Positions 23,293-32,657 are shown, numbered from the stretch's first letter. The stretch is DNA of 33,955 nt from a virus (IMGVR_UViG_2778261417_000008:1-33955), one strand, 5' to 3'. Notes: generated by a model not told the origin, from the letters alone. Program-made: numbers and translations.

Positions 23293-23514
23293 ATGCAATC
23301 CATTAACTTCCGTACCGCGCGCGGCAACCTTTCTGAAGTGCTCAACAATGTTGAGGCCGGGGAAGAGGTTGAAATCACCCGCAGAGGCCGTGAGCCAGCA
23401 GTAATTGTCAGCAAGGCTACTTTCGAAGCCTACAAAAAAGCGGCGCTGGATGCTGAATTTGCATCCCTGTTTGACACCCTGGACTCCACCAACAAGGAAC
23501 TGGTTAACCGATAA
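23293..23514 (+). CDS. phd: Phd antitoxin
   Basis: 73-aa translation matches P1 Phd from memory (MQSINFRTARGNLSEVLNNVEAGEEVEITRRGREPAVIV…). Confidence 0.93.
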   Translation: MQSINFRTARGNLSEVLNNVEAGEEVEITRRGREPAVIVSKATFEAYKKAALDAEFASLFDTLDSTNKELVNR

Positions 23515-23894
23515 TGAGGCATATATCACCGGAAGAACTTATTGCGCTTCATGATGCGAATATAAACTGCTACGGCGGCTTGCCGGGAATGTCAGATCCG
23601 GGTAGGGCAGAGGCCATTATCGGGAGAGTTCAGGCCAGAGTTGCCTACGAAGAGATCACCGACCTTTTCGAAGTCTCCGCCACCTACCTGGTGGCTACAG
23701 CGAGAGGGCATATATTCAATGATGCCAATAAGCGTACCGCGCTAAACAGCGCGCTGCTATTTCTACGCCGTAACGGGGTGCAGGTATTTGATTCACCTGA
23801 ACTGGCAGACCTTACTGTAGGCGCTGCGACTGGCGAGATATCTGTATCTTCTGTCGCCGACACGTTACGTAGATTGTATGGTTCTGCGGAGTAG
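23514..23894 (+). CDS. doc: Doc toxin (Fic-fold kinase)
   Basis: 126 aa; overlaps the phd stop; matches P1 Doc from memory. Confidence 0.93.
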   Translation: MRHISPEELIALHDANINCYGGLPGMSDPGRAEAIIGRVQARVAYEEITDLFEVSATYLVATARGHIFNDANKRTALNSALLFLRRNGVQVFDSPELADLTVGAATGEISVSSVADTLRRLYGSAE

Positions 23895-23898
23895 ATTA

Positions 23899-24078
23899 AT
23901 GGCACGCAAATACAACAAATTGTACCGTGAAGCGTTAAAGATGCTTCTTGATGGCGTGAGTCGCCGCGAGGTAAAGCAATACCTGGTTGGTAAGCAAATT
24001 GGAGCCAGGACTGCTATTGCTGTGTTATGCCGTCAGGAAATGGTTGTGCTTAAACAGAGAATGCCGGGCAGCAGATAA
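23899..24078 (+). CDS. Small hypothetical protein after doc (about 59 aa), possible DNA-binding protein
   Basis: ATG at 23899 just after the doc stop; basic, helix-rich. Confidence 0.4.
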   Translation: MARKYNKLYREALKMLLDGVSRREVKQYLVGKQIGARTAIAVLCRQEMVVLKQRMPGSR

Positions 24079-24105
24079 AGCCCAATCAGTGATGAAAGGT
24101 GTGAT

Positions 24106-25149
24106 GTGAAAGCCGTAATTACTCCCTTTGTACAAAAAGAGCTTGGCGTCGCCACATTCAAAGTGGATCAGGAAGTCAGAAAGCTGGTGGAGGCTGGCCG
24201 TAAATTTATTATGGAGCCGGTGCCGCGTGAGTTAATCGAGCACATGGACGACGGCCTCGTTGTTTCCGAGCAAACTATGGCAACAAATGAGGCGTTGCAG
24301 CCGTTTTTTAACAGCGATGAACTGTTTCGCCGTATTGGTGGAATTGACGCGCTGGTGGCGTGGTTGCGCAGGAAAGAGGGGCAATGCCAGGCCGCAGATC
24401 GTAGCTGGTGTGACAACCATATTGTCCACGCAGAACGAGACAATAGCGCGGTGTTGTTGTGCTGGCATCACGATAACCATTACCGGATGCGTGGTTTTAA
24501 TGAGCTGAAAGAAACGCTGCATAATAATCGCGTTAACTGGATACTGGATGTCGCCCGTCAGGAAATGGGGCTTTCAGATGGCCATGATTTAAGTATTCAG
24601 GAACTGTGCTGGTGGGCTTTCATGCGCAACATGATGCACCTGATGCCGGAAGAAGTTTGCCGTATATCAATAAATAAGATGAAAGCCGCAACGCAGGATA
24701 GCGGACCTCTGAAAGAGGCGGATATTCGCCCGTATGACGATCGCGCTACAGCATATGTTCAGATGATGGAAGAACGCGCCGCGCCGATGCGTGCAAAAGT
24801 ATGCCCTGTGGATGTTGACTCCGACCCTGGCATGGCGCATTTCAAAATACCAAAACTGCAATCGCTAAAATTACCTGAGTACATGGACTTTGTTGCTTCC
24901 CGTCCATGCTGTGGGTGTGGAGCGGCGGGAGCTGGCGCTCACATTACGCCTTATATCGTTCGTCATAGTCGATTATGCGCGCATGACATTTACGCAATTC
25001 CTCTGTGCCAGTCATGCCAGCGTGATATTGAGCGTGACCGCGATAATTGGGAGAAGACGCACGGTAGGCTGGCGATGCATCAACGATTGTTCTTTGATTA
25101 CGCGCTTGGAGTCGGCGCTATCACAAGTCACTCGTCGAGCGTTAGATAA
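24106..25149 (+). CDS. Hypothetical phage protein with Cys/His-rich C-terminal motif (possible zinc-binding or HNH-like)
   Basis: 347 aa; CWHHDNHY and [12 protein letters not shown]…C.H…CQSCQ clusters. Confidence 0.5.
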   Translation: MKAVITPFVQKELGVATFKVDQEVRKLVEAGRKFIMEPVPRELIEHMDDGLVVSEQTMATNEALQPFFNSDELFRRIGGIDALVAWLRRKEGQCQAADRSWCDNHIVHAERDNSAVLLCWHHDNHYRMRGFNELKETLHNNRVNWILDVARQEMGLSDGHDLSIQELCWWAFMRNMMHLMPEEVCRISINKMKAATQDSGPLKEADIRPYDDRATAYVQMMEERAAPMRAKVCPVDVDSDPGMAHFKIPKLQSLKLPEYMDFVASRPCCGCGAAGAGAHITPYIVRHSRLCAHDIYAIPLCQSCQRDIERDRDNWEKTHGRLAMHQRLFFDYALGVGAITSHSSSVR

Positions 25150-25150
25150 A

Positions 25151-25167
25151 ATTGCTCTAATGTATTG
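25151..25167 (+). promoter_or_regulatory. C1 operator-like site (ATTGCTCTAATGTATTG)
   Basis: Matches the C1 operator consensus in 13 of 17 positions; lies between the 347-aa ORF and the packaging genes. Confidence 0.55.
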
Positions 25168-25237
25168 CCATTTCTTTAATCGAGGGTATTATATTCCACG
25201 TTGATTAGTTGACATGGGCTAATCAGTAGGTGACAGG

Positions 25238-25435
25238 ATGTTACTTAACTGGCAGGGACGCCACTTCATGGAAATAAATCACTCACGAATAACATCGTAC
25301 GAGATTGCGGATTACATGATCCGCACTAAATCTCTTCTATCAGCGAAAGAACTCGCAGCAATTCTTGAAAAGGAATACCCGCATCTGGATGTCGATAAGC
25401 GCGATGTTTATCTGCGCTTACGAACGAAAGCGTGA
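25238..25435 (+). CDS. Putative terminase small-subunit-like N-terminal segment (65-aa ORF)
   Basis: Helix-turn-helix-like small ORF upstream of the large terminase; overlaps the next ORF in a different frame. Confidence 0.35.
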   Translation: MLLNWQGRHFMEINHSRITSYEIADYMIRTKSLLSAKELAAILEKEYPHLDVDKRDVYLRLRTKA

Positions 25436-25820
25436 AAATAACTGGTCAGTGCTGGAAGCAGCTGAATTCATCGAGGCGCATGGCGGAAAAGTGCCGCCCC
25501 TGATGCTGGAGCAAATCAAAGCCGATCTGCGTGCTCCTAAGACCAATACCGATGATGAGGAAAGGCAAACAGCCGTCGGTGGCCCTTCTCTTGAAGATCT
25601 GGACAAAGTTGCGCGAGAACGGGCCGCCAACCGCCGCGCCGATGCCGCATTGTGGATTGAGCAGCGTAGGGAAGAAATCGCCGATATCGTTGATACAGGC
25701 GGTTATGGAGATGTTGATACTGAAGGTGTATCAAACGACCCATGGCTGGAACAAGACCTGGACGAAGACGAGGAGGAAGACGAAGAAGTTACCCGCAAGC
25801 TATACGGGGATGATGATTAA
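25365..25820 (+). CDS. Putative terminase small-subunit-like C-terminal segment with acidic tail
   Basis: Acidic tail (…[11 protein letters not shown]…); stop overlaps the start of the large terminase (ATGATTAATGG). True start may be the GTG at 25458. Confidence 0.4.
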   Translation: MKRNTRIWMSISAMFICAYERKRENNWSVLEAAEFIEAHGGKVPPLMLEQIKADLRAPKTNTDDEERQTAVGGPSLEDLDKVARERAANRRADAALWIEQRREEIADIVDTGGYGDVDTEGVSNDPWLEQDLDEDEEEDEEVTRKLYGDDD

Positions 25821-27304
25821 TGGCCAGAAGTTGCGTAACGGATCCACGTTGGCGCGAGCTGGTGGCGCTATATCGTTATGACTGGATTGCTGCCGCTGAT
25901 GTTTTGTTCGGCAAAACACCTACCTGGCAGCAGGATCTGATTATTGAGTCTGTGCAGGAACAGGGTAGCAAGACATCTGTTTCGTCTGGTCACGGTACCG
26001 GGAAATCAGACATGACTTCTATCATGATCATGTTGTTCATAATCATGTATCCCGGTGCCCGCGCCATTATCGTTGCGAACAAAATTCAGCAGGTAATGAC
26101 CGGTATATTCAAGTACATCAAGATAAACTGGGCTACTGCCACCAGCCGTTTTCCATGGCTTGCTGATTATTTTGTTCTGACAGAAACCGCTTTCTATGAG
26201 GTTACTGGTAAAGGTGTATGGACTGTAGTACCGAAGGGCTTTCGTCTGGGAAGTGAAGAAGCTCTCGCCGGTGAACACGCAGATCATCTTCTGTATATTA
26301 TCGATGAAGCCTCCGGTGTCAGTGATAGAGCTTTCGGTATCATCACCGGTGCTCTTACCGGACAGGATAACCGCATCTTATTGCTGTCACAGCCTACACG
26401 CCCAAGCGGCTATTTCTACGATACACACCATAAACTGGCCAAGCGTCCTGGTAACCCTGATGGCGTTTATACGGCGATCACGCTTAACAGTGAGGAATCA
26501 CCGTTGGTAACGCCAGCATTTATCAAAATGAAGCTGGCGGAGTACGGCGGGCGTGATAACCCTATGTACATGATTAAGGTACGCGGCCTATTCCCTAAAT
26601 CACAGGATGGCTTCCTTCTTGGACGTGATGAGGTTGAACGTGCAACGCGGCGGAAAGTCAAGATTGCCAAAGGATGGGGCTGGCTTGCATGTGTGGACGT
26701 TGCTGGTGGTACGGGACGGGATAAGTCCGTTATCAATATCATGATGGTGTCCGGCCAGCGAAATAAACGCCGTGTAATCAACTATCGAATGCTGGAATAC
26801 ACAGACGTTACAGAAACGCAGCTTGCCGCCAAAATTTTCGCAGAATGTAATCCTGAGCGATTCCCAAATATCACCATAGCGATAGACGGCGATGGCCTGG
26901 GTAAAGCAACGGCGGATCTGATGTACGAGTATTATGGTATTACCGTACAGCGTATACGCTGGGGTAAAAAGATGCATAGCCGTGAAGATAAGAGCCTGTA
27001 CTTTGATAAACGTGCTTATGCCAACGTTCAAGCCGCAGAGGCCGTAAAATCTGGTCGTATGAGACTGGATAAGGGTAATGAAACTATTGAGGAAGCGTCG
27101 AAAATCCCTGTAGGGATTAACTCCGCAGGTCAATGGAAGGTGATGAGTAAGGAGGATATGAAGAAAAAACTCAACCTGCACTCACCAGACCATTGGGATA
27201 CATATTGTTTCGCTATGCTGGCGGATTATGTTCCCCAGGATGAAGTGCTTAGCGTCGAAGACGAAGCGCAGGTTGATGAAGCTCTGGCATGGCTTAATGA
27301 ATGA
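25820..27304 (+). CDS. Terminase large subunit (PacB-like), 494 aa
   Basis: Walker A SGHGTGKS and Walker [12 protein letters not shown]; position just upstream of the immunity regions as for P1 pacB. Confidence 0.7.
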   Translation: MARSCVTDPRWRELVALYRYDWIAAADVLFGKTPTWQQDLIIESVQEQGSKTSVSSGHGTGKSDMTSIMIMLFIIMYPGARAIIVANKIQQVMTGIFKYIKINWATATSRFPWLADYFVLTETAFYEVTGKGVWTVVPKGFRLGSEEALAGEHADHLLYIIDEASGVSDRAFGIITGALTGQDNRILLLSQPTRPSGYFYDTHHKLAKRPGNPDGVYTAITLNSEESPLVTPAFIKMKLAEYGGRDNPMYMIKVRGLFPKSQDGFLLGRDEVERATRRKVKIAKGWGWLACVDVAGGTGRDKSVINIMMVSGQRNKRRVINYRMLEYTDVTETQLAAKIFAECNPERFPNITIAIDGDGLGKATADLMYEYYGITVQRIRWGKKMHSREDKSLYFDKRAYANVQAAEAVKSGRMRLDKGNETIEEASKIPVGINSAGQWKVMSKEDMKKKLNLHSPDHWDTYCFAMLADYVPQDEVLSVEDEAQVDEALAWLNE

Positions 27305-27307
27305 ATA

Positions 27308-27324
27308 TTTGCTCTAATAAATTG
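27308..27324 (+). promoter_or_regulatory. C1 operator (Op51-like) in front of the c4-icd-ant operon
   Basis: TTTGCTCTAATAAATTG. Confidence 0.65.
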
Positions 27325-27504
27325 TGTTTTTTAACTACCGATGTTACATTGAGCCTGACCTCTTGCGCCTTGAGGCATTTTCGGTTTATGCTTATCAGGC
27401 ACCTCATTAAAACGGGTGCCGGGATTGGCCTCCCGCTTAAGTCTAAGGCGATACAGACGCCGCTCGCGTCTTTTTTTTGTATCGGCGTACACGCACACCT
27501 CTAC

Positions 27505-27580
27505 AATGGTGGGCTGTATGGGGCTACCTTCGGGTAGGCTGGTTACCTTGGACGCCAGTAAGGCCAACTCCGTACAGTCC
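27505..27580 (+). ncRNA. c4: Candidate c4 antisense RNA (immI repressor RNA); boundaries approximate
   Basis: tRNA-like closing stem (ggctgtatgg / ccgtacagtcc) followed by ACCGCC. Internal CCUUGGACG (27545-27553) is complementary, with one G-U, to CGUCUAAGG at the icd ribosome-binding site (27624-27632) and to an upstream copy at 27441-27449. Confidence 0.45.
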
Positions 27581-27643
27581 ACCGCCAGCAAGATTGGTCT
27601 CTTCTGCGGTGGTTACATACCAACGTCTAAGGAGGCTGCCAAT

Positions 27644-27865
27644 ATGGCTACTATCCCTACCCCAACTCATCCTGAATTTATCTGGCGCTTTTACTCCTGC
27701 CAAAAACGTCACTATCACTTCGTTATTGCACCGACAGAAGATGAGGCCCGCTCTCAGCTTCCTGACGCCCCATGTATTTTCTCTGCCCGTTTTTCCACTG
27801 ATTCACGCAATTCTCTCAGTTACTGGTGCCTCCCTGTTAACGCTTCTGCTCAGGAGGGACTATGA
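27644..27865 (+). CDS. icd: Icd (interference with cell division), 73 aa, translationally coupled to ant
   Basis: ATG at 27644 with AAGGAGG upstream; stop overlaps the ant start (ATGA). Confidence 0.6.
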   Translation: MATIPTPTHPEFIWRFYSCQKRHYHFVIAPTEDEARSQLPDAPCIFSARFSTDSRNSLSYWCLPVNASAQEGL

Positions 27866-28980
27866 GAACGTCATTAGTCACCCGTGAAGAGATGATCGAG
27901 GCAATTGAACAGCACACTGCCTGTATCAGTACCAGGGATATACCAGGCGTTATTGCCAACTACTTCATGATCACCAAACAACTTTACCGGAGAAAGGACA
28001 AGAACGCGGTTCACCGTATCCTGTTGTCTGATATCCGCGAATACCTGCTCGAACAGGGTCATCTGAATTACGCAACCGCCGCAGCCGAAGCACGCAAGGA
28101 GGCACACAGAATGAAAGCAACTAACGTTAAATCAGAAAAAATTCATGCACCTTCAGTTCAAGAATCGGAGCTGGTGGTTGTTCAGAATCAGTCTGATGAA
28201 ATTCCCGTTCTGGAATGGCAGGGAGTGCGTGTAGTGACAACCGAGACTCTTGCTAGAGGGTATGGGACAGAAACAATCCGTATTCGCCAAAATCATCATG
28301 AGAACAAAGTACGCTTTGTTGAAGGGAAGCACTTTTTCAAAGTTGAAGGAGAATCATTGCGCGAGTTGAAGCACAGAGTAGCTTTAAACTACTCTGTAAA
28401 AATTGCTCGCAATGTTCGCTCACTCACCCTCTGGACAGAACGCGGCGCAGCCCGCCACGCTAAAATGCTCGAAACCGATCAGGCATGGGCATTCTTTGAA
28501 AAACTGGAAGACAGCTACTTCCGACAAAAAGAACAGCAACCGATCGCAATCCCCCAGACGCTTCCTGAAGCCCTACGCCTGGCTGCCGAACTGGCTGAAC
28601 AAAAGCAACTTCTGGAACAGAAAGCCCACCAGCTAAATCAGCAGCTGGTGGCCGCCGCTCCTAAAGTCGATTTTGCCGACCGGGTATCAGTAGCTAAAGG
28701 GATCCTGATTGGGAATTTTGCAAAGGTTGTTGGACTTAAACAAAACGCGCTGTTTGTCTGGTTACGGGAGAACGGCATCCTGATAGCGTCCGGTGGACGT
28801 AAAAATGTGCCGTTCCAGCAGTACATCAACGCGGGGTATTTCACGGTGAAAGAAGTGGTGCTGGATGATGAAGATGGCTACCAGATACGGTTGACGCCTC
28901 AATTAACGGGTAAAGGCCAGCAGTGGTTGACGCGTAAACTGCTCGATGCTGGCTTGTTAAAACCGGTGGCGGCTGAATAA
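27862..28980 (+). CDS. ant: Antirepressor Ant (Ant1, 372 aa; an in-frame internal start near codon 84 would give Ant2)
   Basis: ORF6N/Bro-N-like N-terminal region and KilA-C/ANT-type C-terminal domain; sizes fit the reported 42 and 32 kDa P1 Ant1/Ant2. Confidence 0.7.
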   Translation: MRTSLVTREEMIEAIEQHTACISTRDIPGVIANYFMITKQLYRRKDKNAVHRILLSDIREYLLEQGHLNYATAAAEARKEAHRMKATNVKSEKIHAPSVQESELVVVQNQSDEIPVLEWQGVRVVTTETLARGYGTETIRIRQNHHENKVRFVEGKHFFKVEGESLRELKHRVALNYSVKIARNVRSLTLWTERGAARHAKMLETDQAWAFFEKLEDSYFRQKEQQPIAIPQTLPEALRLAAELAEQKQLLEQKAHQLNQQLVAAAPKVDFADRVSVAKGILIGNFAKVVGLKQNALFVWLRENGILIASGGRKNVPFQQYINAGYFTVKEVVLDDEDGYQIRLTPQLTGKGQQWLTRKLLDAGLLKPVAAE

Positions 28981-28987
28981 TGGAAGA

Positions 28988-29009
28988 ATGCCCGGTTGAT
29001 GCCGGGCAT
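28988..29009. terminator. Bidirectional hairpin terminator between convergent ant and c1
   Basis: ATGCCCGG-ttgatg-CCGGGCAT. Confidence 0.6.
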
Positions 29010-29012
29010 AAT

Positions 29013-29864
29013 TTATTGCGCGCTTTCGGGGTTGTCGTTTACTGGCTGCCCCTTCTTGGTTTTACGGCTGCGCGTAACTGATGCGGCTGACTTAACCTTT
29101 TTCTCTTCGCGAGTGATGGCAATTTGTTTTTTTACATTTTCAATATCTGCCAGGCGATATATTTTTGCTTGCGGCCAGCGGTCGCAGATGATCGGTTCTA
29201 TGGAGTCATAAAGGCTAAATTTTGCTTTTTCGAATTCACCGTTGATGATAATTCCATCACGGAGAGTTTCATCGCAGATAAACACGCCACACAGTGGCAC
29301 ATGGTAACTAACTGATTTACCATCATTGTAGTTAGGGCTACTGGAAATGTAGTGGACGCGCAGCATTGTTTCGCTAAAGCCGTGTACGCGCATACGGAAT
29401 TTTTCATCCTCCGGGTACTGCTTCATTAGCTCTTTTGTTGCTTCCAGGTTCTCTATGTATTTCGCACTGTGCTCATTGATCCCCGCGCTTTTTTGGATGC
29501 GAATGTCCTTATCAATCAGATGAATAATGCGGCCAGCGGTCATGTTGACGCTGTTCACAGCTTCTGTCTGATAAGTTGTAACCTTACGCACACCGCGAAG
29601 GATGTTAGGCACTGGATATAAAATAGTCTTTGGGATATTGAGGTCTGGGTACTGTTCCAGTTCCCGCGCCATTAAAGTCCATTTATCAATTTCAGCCTGA
29701 ATGCTGTCAGTTTCTTTGAACGGTAGAACGACAACCGGGCGTACAGGACGACCGTCGCTGGCTGTATCAACGTGTTGGGCGCGTGCAACAGCTTTTTTTA
29801 GAAAGAGATCCCTGAAGCTGACGAACTCCTGGTACAGTTGTTCGCCGTAGACATAATTTATCAT
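29013..29864 (-). CDS. c1: C1 repressor of lysogeny (283 aa)
   Basis: Translation MINYVYGEQLYQEFVSFRDLFLKKAVARAQHVD… matches P1 C1 from memory. Confidence 0.95.
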   Translation of the reverse strand: MINYVYGEQLYQEFVSFRDLFLKKAVARAQHVDTASDGRPVRPVVVLPFKETDSIQAEIDKWTLMARELEQYPDLNIPKTILYPVPNILRGVRKVTTYQTEAVNSVNMTAGRIIHLIDKDIRIQKSAGINEHSAKYIENLEATKELMKQYPEDEKFRMRVHGFSETMLRVHYISSSPNYNDGKSVSYHVPLCGVFICDETLRDGIIINGEFEKAKFSLYDSIEPIICDRWPQAKIYRLADIENVKKQIAITREEKKVKSAASVTRSRKTKKGQPVNDNPESAQ

Positions 29865-29957
29865 TGATCCTCCTCCAGAATTGACATGGTCAATAACGCC
29901 CGGCTGAGAAAACCGGTCATTACTGACCTATATTATAGAGGGATCAAACAAAAATAA

Positions 29958-29976
29958 TAGATTTATTAGTGCATTT
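29958..29976 (-). promoter_or_regulatory. C1 operator (Op99-type) between coi and c1
   Basis: Reverse complement reads ATGCACTAATAAAT. Confidence 0.55.
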
Positions 29977-30184
29977 ATTGTGAGTCTAACTGGTTAGTTG
30001 CCATGAGATATTCGATTGTGTCAGTGAGGTCATCCAGGTCGTCTTGGGTGATGCGGTACTCCTGATTGGATATCTTTGAGTAGTGTTCAGCAATGGCGCG
30101 GGCAGCGTCGGTTTCGGCAGGGTCTACAGATAAAGCGTTAGAGCAATGTCTAACGTCGTCGATGGTTGGTGGAATGAAAGCCAT
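29975..30184 (-). CDS. coi: Coi (C1 inactivator), 69 aa
   Basis: 69-aa ORF immediately upstream of c1 on the same strand, as in P1 immC. Confidence 0.8.
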   Translation of the reverse strand: MAFIPPTIDDVRHCSNALSVDPAETDAARAIAEHYSKISNQEYRITQDDLDDLTDTIEYLMATNQLDSQ

Positions 30185-30423
30185 AATTATGCCTCACTGT
30201 ATTGACAACACAGAGCCTGAAGCTCTGACCTACTGTTTCACCCATGATCCATGCTGGGGTAATCTAACAACATTGCGCTGTGTGTAAGATGAGCAATGCA
30301 TAGCTGTAATGCCGTTGTATAAGGTTTCCCTGTTTGCTCATTTCCTTCTGAGCCGCTCTACAACGCTGAAGACACATTAAATAGTGAATCCAAAGTCGTA
30401 TTACGAAACGGCGGCAAAACTAT

Positions 30424-30439
30424 AATTTATTAGAGCAAT
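30424..30439 (-). promoter_or_regulatory. C1 operator (reverse complement ATTGCTCTAATAAATT)
   Basis: Consensus match. Confidence 0.65.
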
Positions 30440-30505
30440 TGTCAAACAACTATGAAAAACAATCCAGTTTTTGGCTGGTGGAGTGGGATTTTTTTCTCAA
30501 AATTT

Positions 30506-30522
30506 ATTGCTCTAATAATTCT
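30506..30522 (+). promoter_or_regulatory. C1 operator (ATTGCTCTAATAATTCT)
   Basis: Consensus match. Confidence 0.65.
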
Positions 30523-30565
30523 TGATTTTTATGCGCAGCTGGACGTAAACTCCTCTTCGGACCTA

Positions 30566-30599
30566 ATAACTTCGTATAGCATACATTATACGAAGTTAT
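30566..30599 (-). other. loxP: loxP site (34 bp): 13-bp inverted repeats around an 8-bp spacer (GCATACAT on the plus strand, canonical ATGTATGC on the minus)
   Basis: Exact ATAACTTCGTATA-GCATACAT-TATACGAAGTTAT. Confidence 0.97.
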
Positions 30600-30614
30600 C
30601 TTAAGGGTTATTGA

Positions 30615-30695
30615 ACATGATCAATTTACCTGTAAATCCATACAGTTCAATACCTTATCAGGTCAAATAGTGATCACTTGATCATTTGATCAAGG
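30615..30695. promoter_or_regulatory. GATC (Dam) cluster in the cre upstream region: four GATC sites, three of them TGATCA
   Basis: GATC at 30619, 30672, 30680 and 30688. Lies between loxP and cre, not inside a packaging gene. Confidence 0.5.
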
Positions 30696-30788
30696 TTGCG
30701 CTACGTAAAATCTGCGAAATGTTGGCAGTGTTAGTGCTCCAGATTTCGCGTAGCGCACTTAGCACCACCAATCAATCAGAGGTGAAAA

Positions 30789-31010
30789 ATGGGATATTCA
30801 GCTGCTAAAGTGTCCACTCATATTGAGCTTGAGAAAAACCGTGGTTACTGGCGGGCAAAAGGGTTTGATCGTGATAGTTGTCAACTGTCATTATCGCGCG
30901 GTGAAGAGAAAATAGAACGCACGCGTGGTCGCTGGCGTTTCTATGACGAGAACCATAAACAGGTAAAGGCAGAGCCGATCCTGTACACTTTACTTAAAAC
31001 CATTATCTGA
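30789..31010 (+). CDS. Possible small ORF upstream of cre (73 aa)
   Basis: GAGGTGA 5 nt upstream of the ATG; no family recognised; may be a non-coding cre leader. Confidence 0.3.
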   Translation: MGYSAAKVSTHIELEKNRGYWRAKGFDRDSCQLSLSRGEEKIERTRGRWRFYDENHKQVKAEPILYTLLKTII

Positions 31011-31017
31011 GTGTTAA

Positions 31018-32049
31018 ATGTCCAATTTACTGACCGTACACCAAAATTTGCCTGCATTACCGGTCGATGCAACGAGTGATGAGGTTCGCAAGAACCTGAT
31101 GGACATGTTCAGGGATCGCCAGGCGTTTTCTGAGCATACCTGGAAAATGCTTCTGTCCGTTTGCCGGTCGTGGGCGGCATGGTGCAAGTTGAATAACCGG
31201 AAATGGTTTCCCGCAGAACCTGAAGATGTTCGCGATTATCTTCTATATCTTCAGGCGCGCGGTCTGGCAGTAAAAACTATCCAGCAACATTTGGGCCAGC
31301 TAAACATGCTTCATCGTCGGTCCGGGCTGCCACGACCAAGTGACAGCAATGCTGTTTCACTGGTCATGCGACGGATCCGAAAAGAAAACGTTGATGCCGG
31401 TGAGCGTGCAAAACAGGCGCTGGCGTTCGAACGCACTGATTTCGACCTGGTTCGTTCACTCATGGAAAATAGTGAGCGCTGCCAGGATATACGTAATCTG
31501 GCATTTCTGGGGATTGCTTATAACACCCTGTTACGTATAGCCGAAATTTCCAGGATCAGGGTTAAAGATATCTCACGTACTGACGGTGGGAGAATGTTAA
31601 TCCATATTGGCAGAACGAAAACGCTGGTTAGCACCGCTGGTGTAGAGAAGGCACTTAGCCTAGGGGTAACTAAACTGGTTGAGCGATGGATTTCTGTCTC
31701 TGGTGTAGCTGATGATCCGAATAACTACCTGTTTTGCCGCGTCAGAAAAAATGGTGTTGCCGCGCCATCATCCACCAGCCAGCTATCAACTCGCGCCCTG
31801 GAAGGGATTTTTGAAGCAACTCATCGATTGATTTACGGCGCTAAGGATGACTCTGGTCAGAGATACCTGGCCTGGTCTGGACACAGTGCCCGTGTCGGAG
31901 CCGCGCGAGATATGGCCCGCGCCGGAGTTTCAATACCGGAGATCATGCAAGCTGGTGGCTGGACCAACGTAAATATTGTCATGAACTATATCCGTAACCT
32001 GGATAGTGAAACAGGGGCAATGGTGCGCCTGCTGGAAGATGGCGATTAG
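31018..32049 (+). CDS. cre: Cre tyrosine site-specific recombinase (343 aa)
   Basis: Translation matches Cre (MSNLLTVHQNLPALPVDATSDEVRKNLMDMFRDRQAFSEHTWKMLLSVCRSWAAWCKL…), with catalytic R-H-R-Y region at the C-terminus. Confidence 0.98.
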   Translation: MSNLLTVHQNLPALPVDATSDEVRKNLMDMFRDRQAFSEHTWKMLLSVCRSWAAWCKLNNRKWFPAEPEDVRDYLLYLQARGLAVKTIQQHLGQLNMLHRRSGLPRPSDSNAVSLVMRRIRKENVDAGERAKQALAFERTDFDLVRSLMENSERCQDIRNLAFLGIAYNTLLRIAEISRIRVKDISRTDGGRMLIHIGRTKTLVSTAGVEKALSLGVTKLVERWISVSGVADDPNNYLFCRVRKNGVAAPSSTSQLSTRALEGIFEATHRLIYGAKDDSGQRYLAWSGHSARVGAARDMARAGVSIPEIMQAGGWTNVNIVMNYIRNLDSETGAMVRLLEDGD

Positions 32050-32066
32050 CCATTAACGCGTAAATT

Positions 32067-32083
32067 ATTGCTCTAATTCTTTG
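32067..32083 (+). promoter_or_regulatory. C1 operator (ATTGCTCTAATTCTTTG)
   Basis: Consensus-like site downstream of cre. Confidence 0.55.
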
Positions 32084-32099
32084 ATATTTATGGTGACAT

Positions 32100-32411
32100 A
32101 TGAGAAAGGATTTCAACATCGACGGAAAATATGTAGTGCTGTCTGTAAGCACTAATATTCAGTCGCCAGCCGTCATTGTCACCGTAAAGTTGAGCGATAG
32201 GATGCCTGATATCGACTCGATATCTGTTGCGTTCCCCGTTAAAAGCATGCGGAGTGCTGAACATTTTGTGATGAATGCAACGGAGGAGGAAGCGCGGCGC
32301 GGGCTTACTAGAGTGATGGCGGAATTTGGCGAACTCCTGGGTAAGGTAAACAATGCCCTTTCAATCAGTTCAGCAAGGTCCAAAGCGTTAACAGCTTCCA
32401 TGATGAAATAA
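32100..32411 (+). CDS. Small cre-adjacent protein (103 aa); P1 cra/c8-region equivalent
   Basis: ORF with an upstream operator; assignment by position only. Confidence 0.45.
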   Translation: MRKDFNIDGKYVVLSVSTNIQSPAVIVTVKLSDRMPDIDSISVAFPVKSMRSAEHFVMNATEEEARRGLTRVMAEFGELLGKVNNALSISSARSKALTASMMK

Positions 32412-32437
32412 AAAAAAAGCCTGGCAAGGAGCCAGGC
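32409..32437 (-). terminator. Rho-independent terminator oriented for minus-strand transcription
   Basis: Minus strand reads GCCTGGC-tcctt-GCCAGGC followed by T9. Confidence 0.5.
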
Positions 32438-32543
32438 TGCACAAAAGAGCGGGTTTGTATTCCGCATCCAATCAATCAAGAAGGAGTATAGCACACAGGT
32501 ACTGAAGTAAAAAAATGTGATTCGCGATAAAAAAATACCTACC

Positions 32544-32560
32544 ATTGCTCTAATTGATTG
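32544..32560 (+). promoter_or_regulatory. C1 operator (Op2-like) upstream of ref
   Basis: ATTGCTCTAATTGATTG. Confidence 0.65.
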
Positions 32561-32657
32561 ATATAATTTAACCGCAGTTTTTGTCAACTACGAAGACGTT
32601 GCTATTACTACACTCCTTGACATCATTGGCGGCCATTAGGCCGCTTTTTTTTGCCAT

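Noticed and set aside
24890-25204. A 104-aa ORF as a missing part of a pacA-like gene
   Set aside because: It overlaps the end of the 347-aa ORF in another frame, has low-complexity composition and no start context, and does not join the terminase-adjacent frames.
27416-27887. Plus-strand ORFs of 149 aa and 136 aa upstream of ant as protein-coding genes
   Set aside because: They cover the structured c4 RNA region. Only the last 73 codons of the 149-aa frame, starting at the ATG at 27644 with a strong Shine-Dalgarno, are taken as real (icd).
30615-30695. The TGATCA hexamer cluster as the P1 pac packaging site
   Set aside because: pac is described as lying inside the small-subunit gene pacA, several kb from loxP. 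This cluster is in the loxP-cre intergenic region and is better explained as Dam-regulated cre promoter elements.
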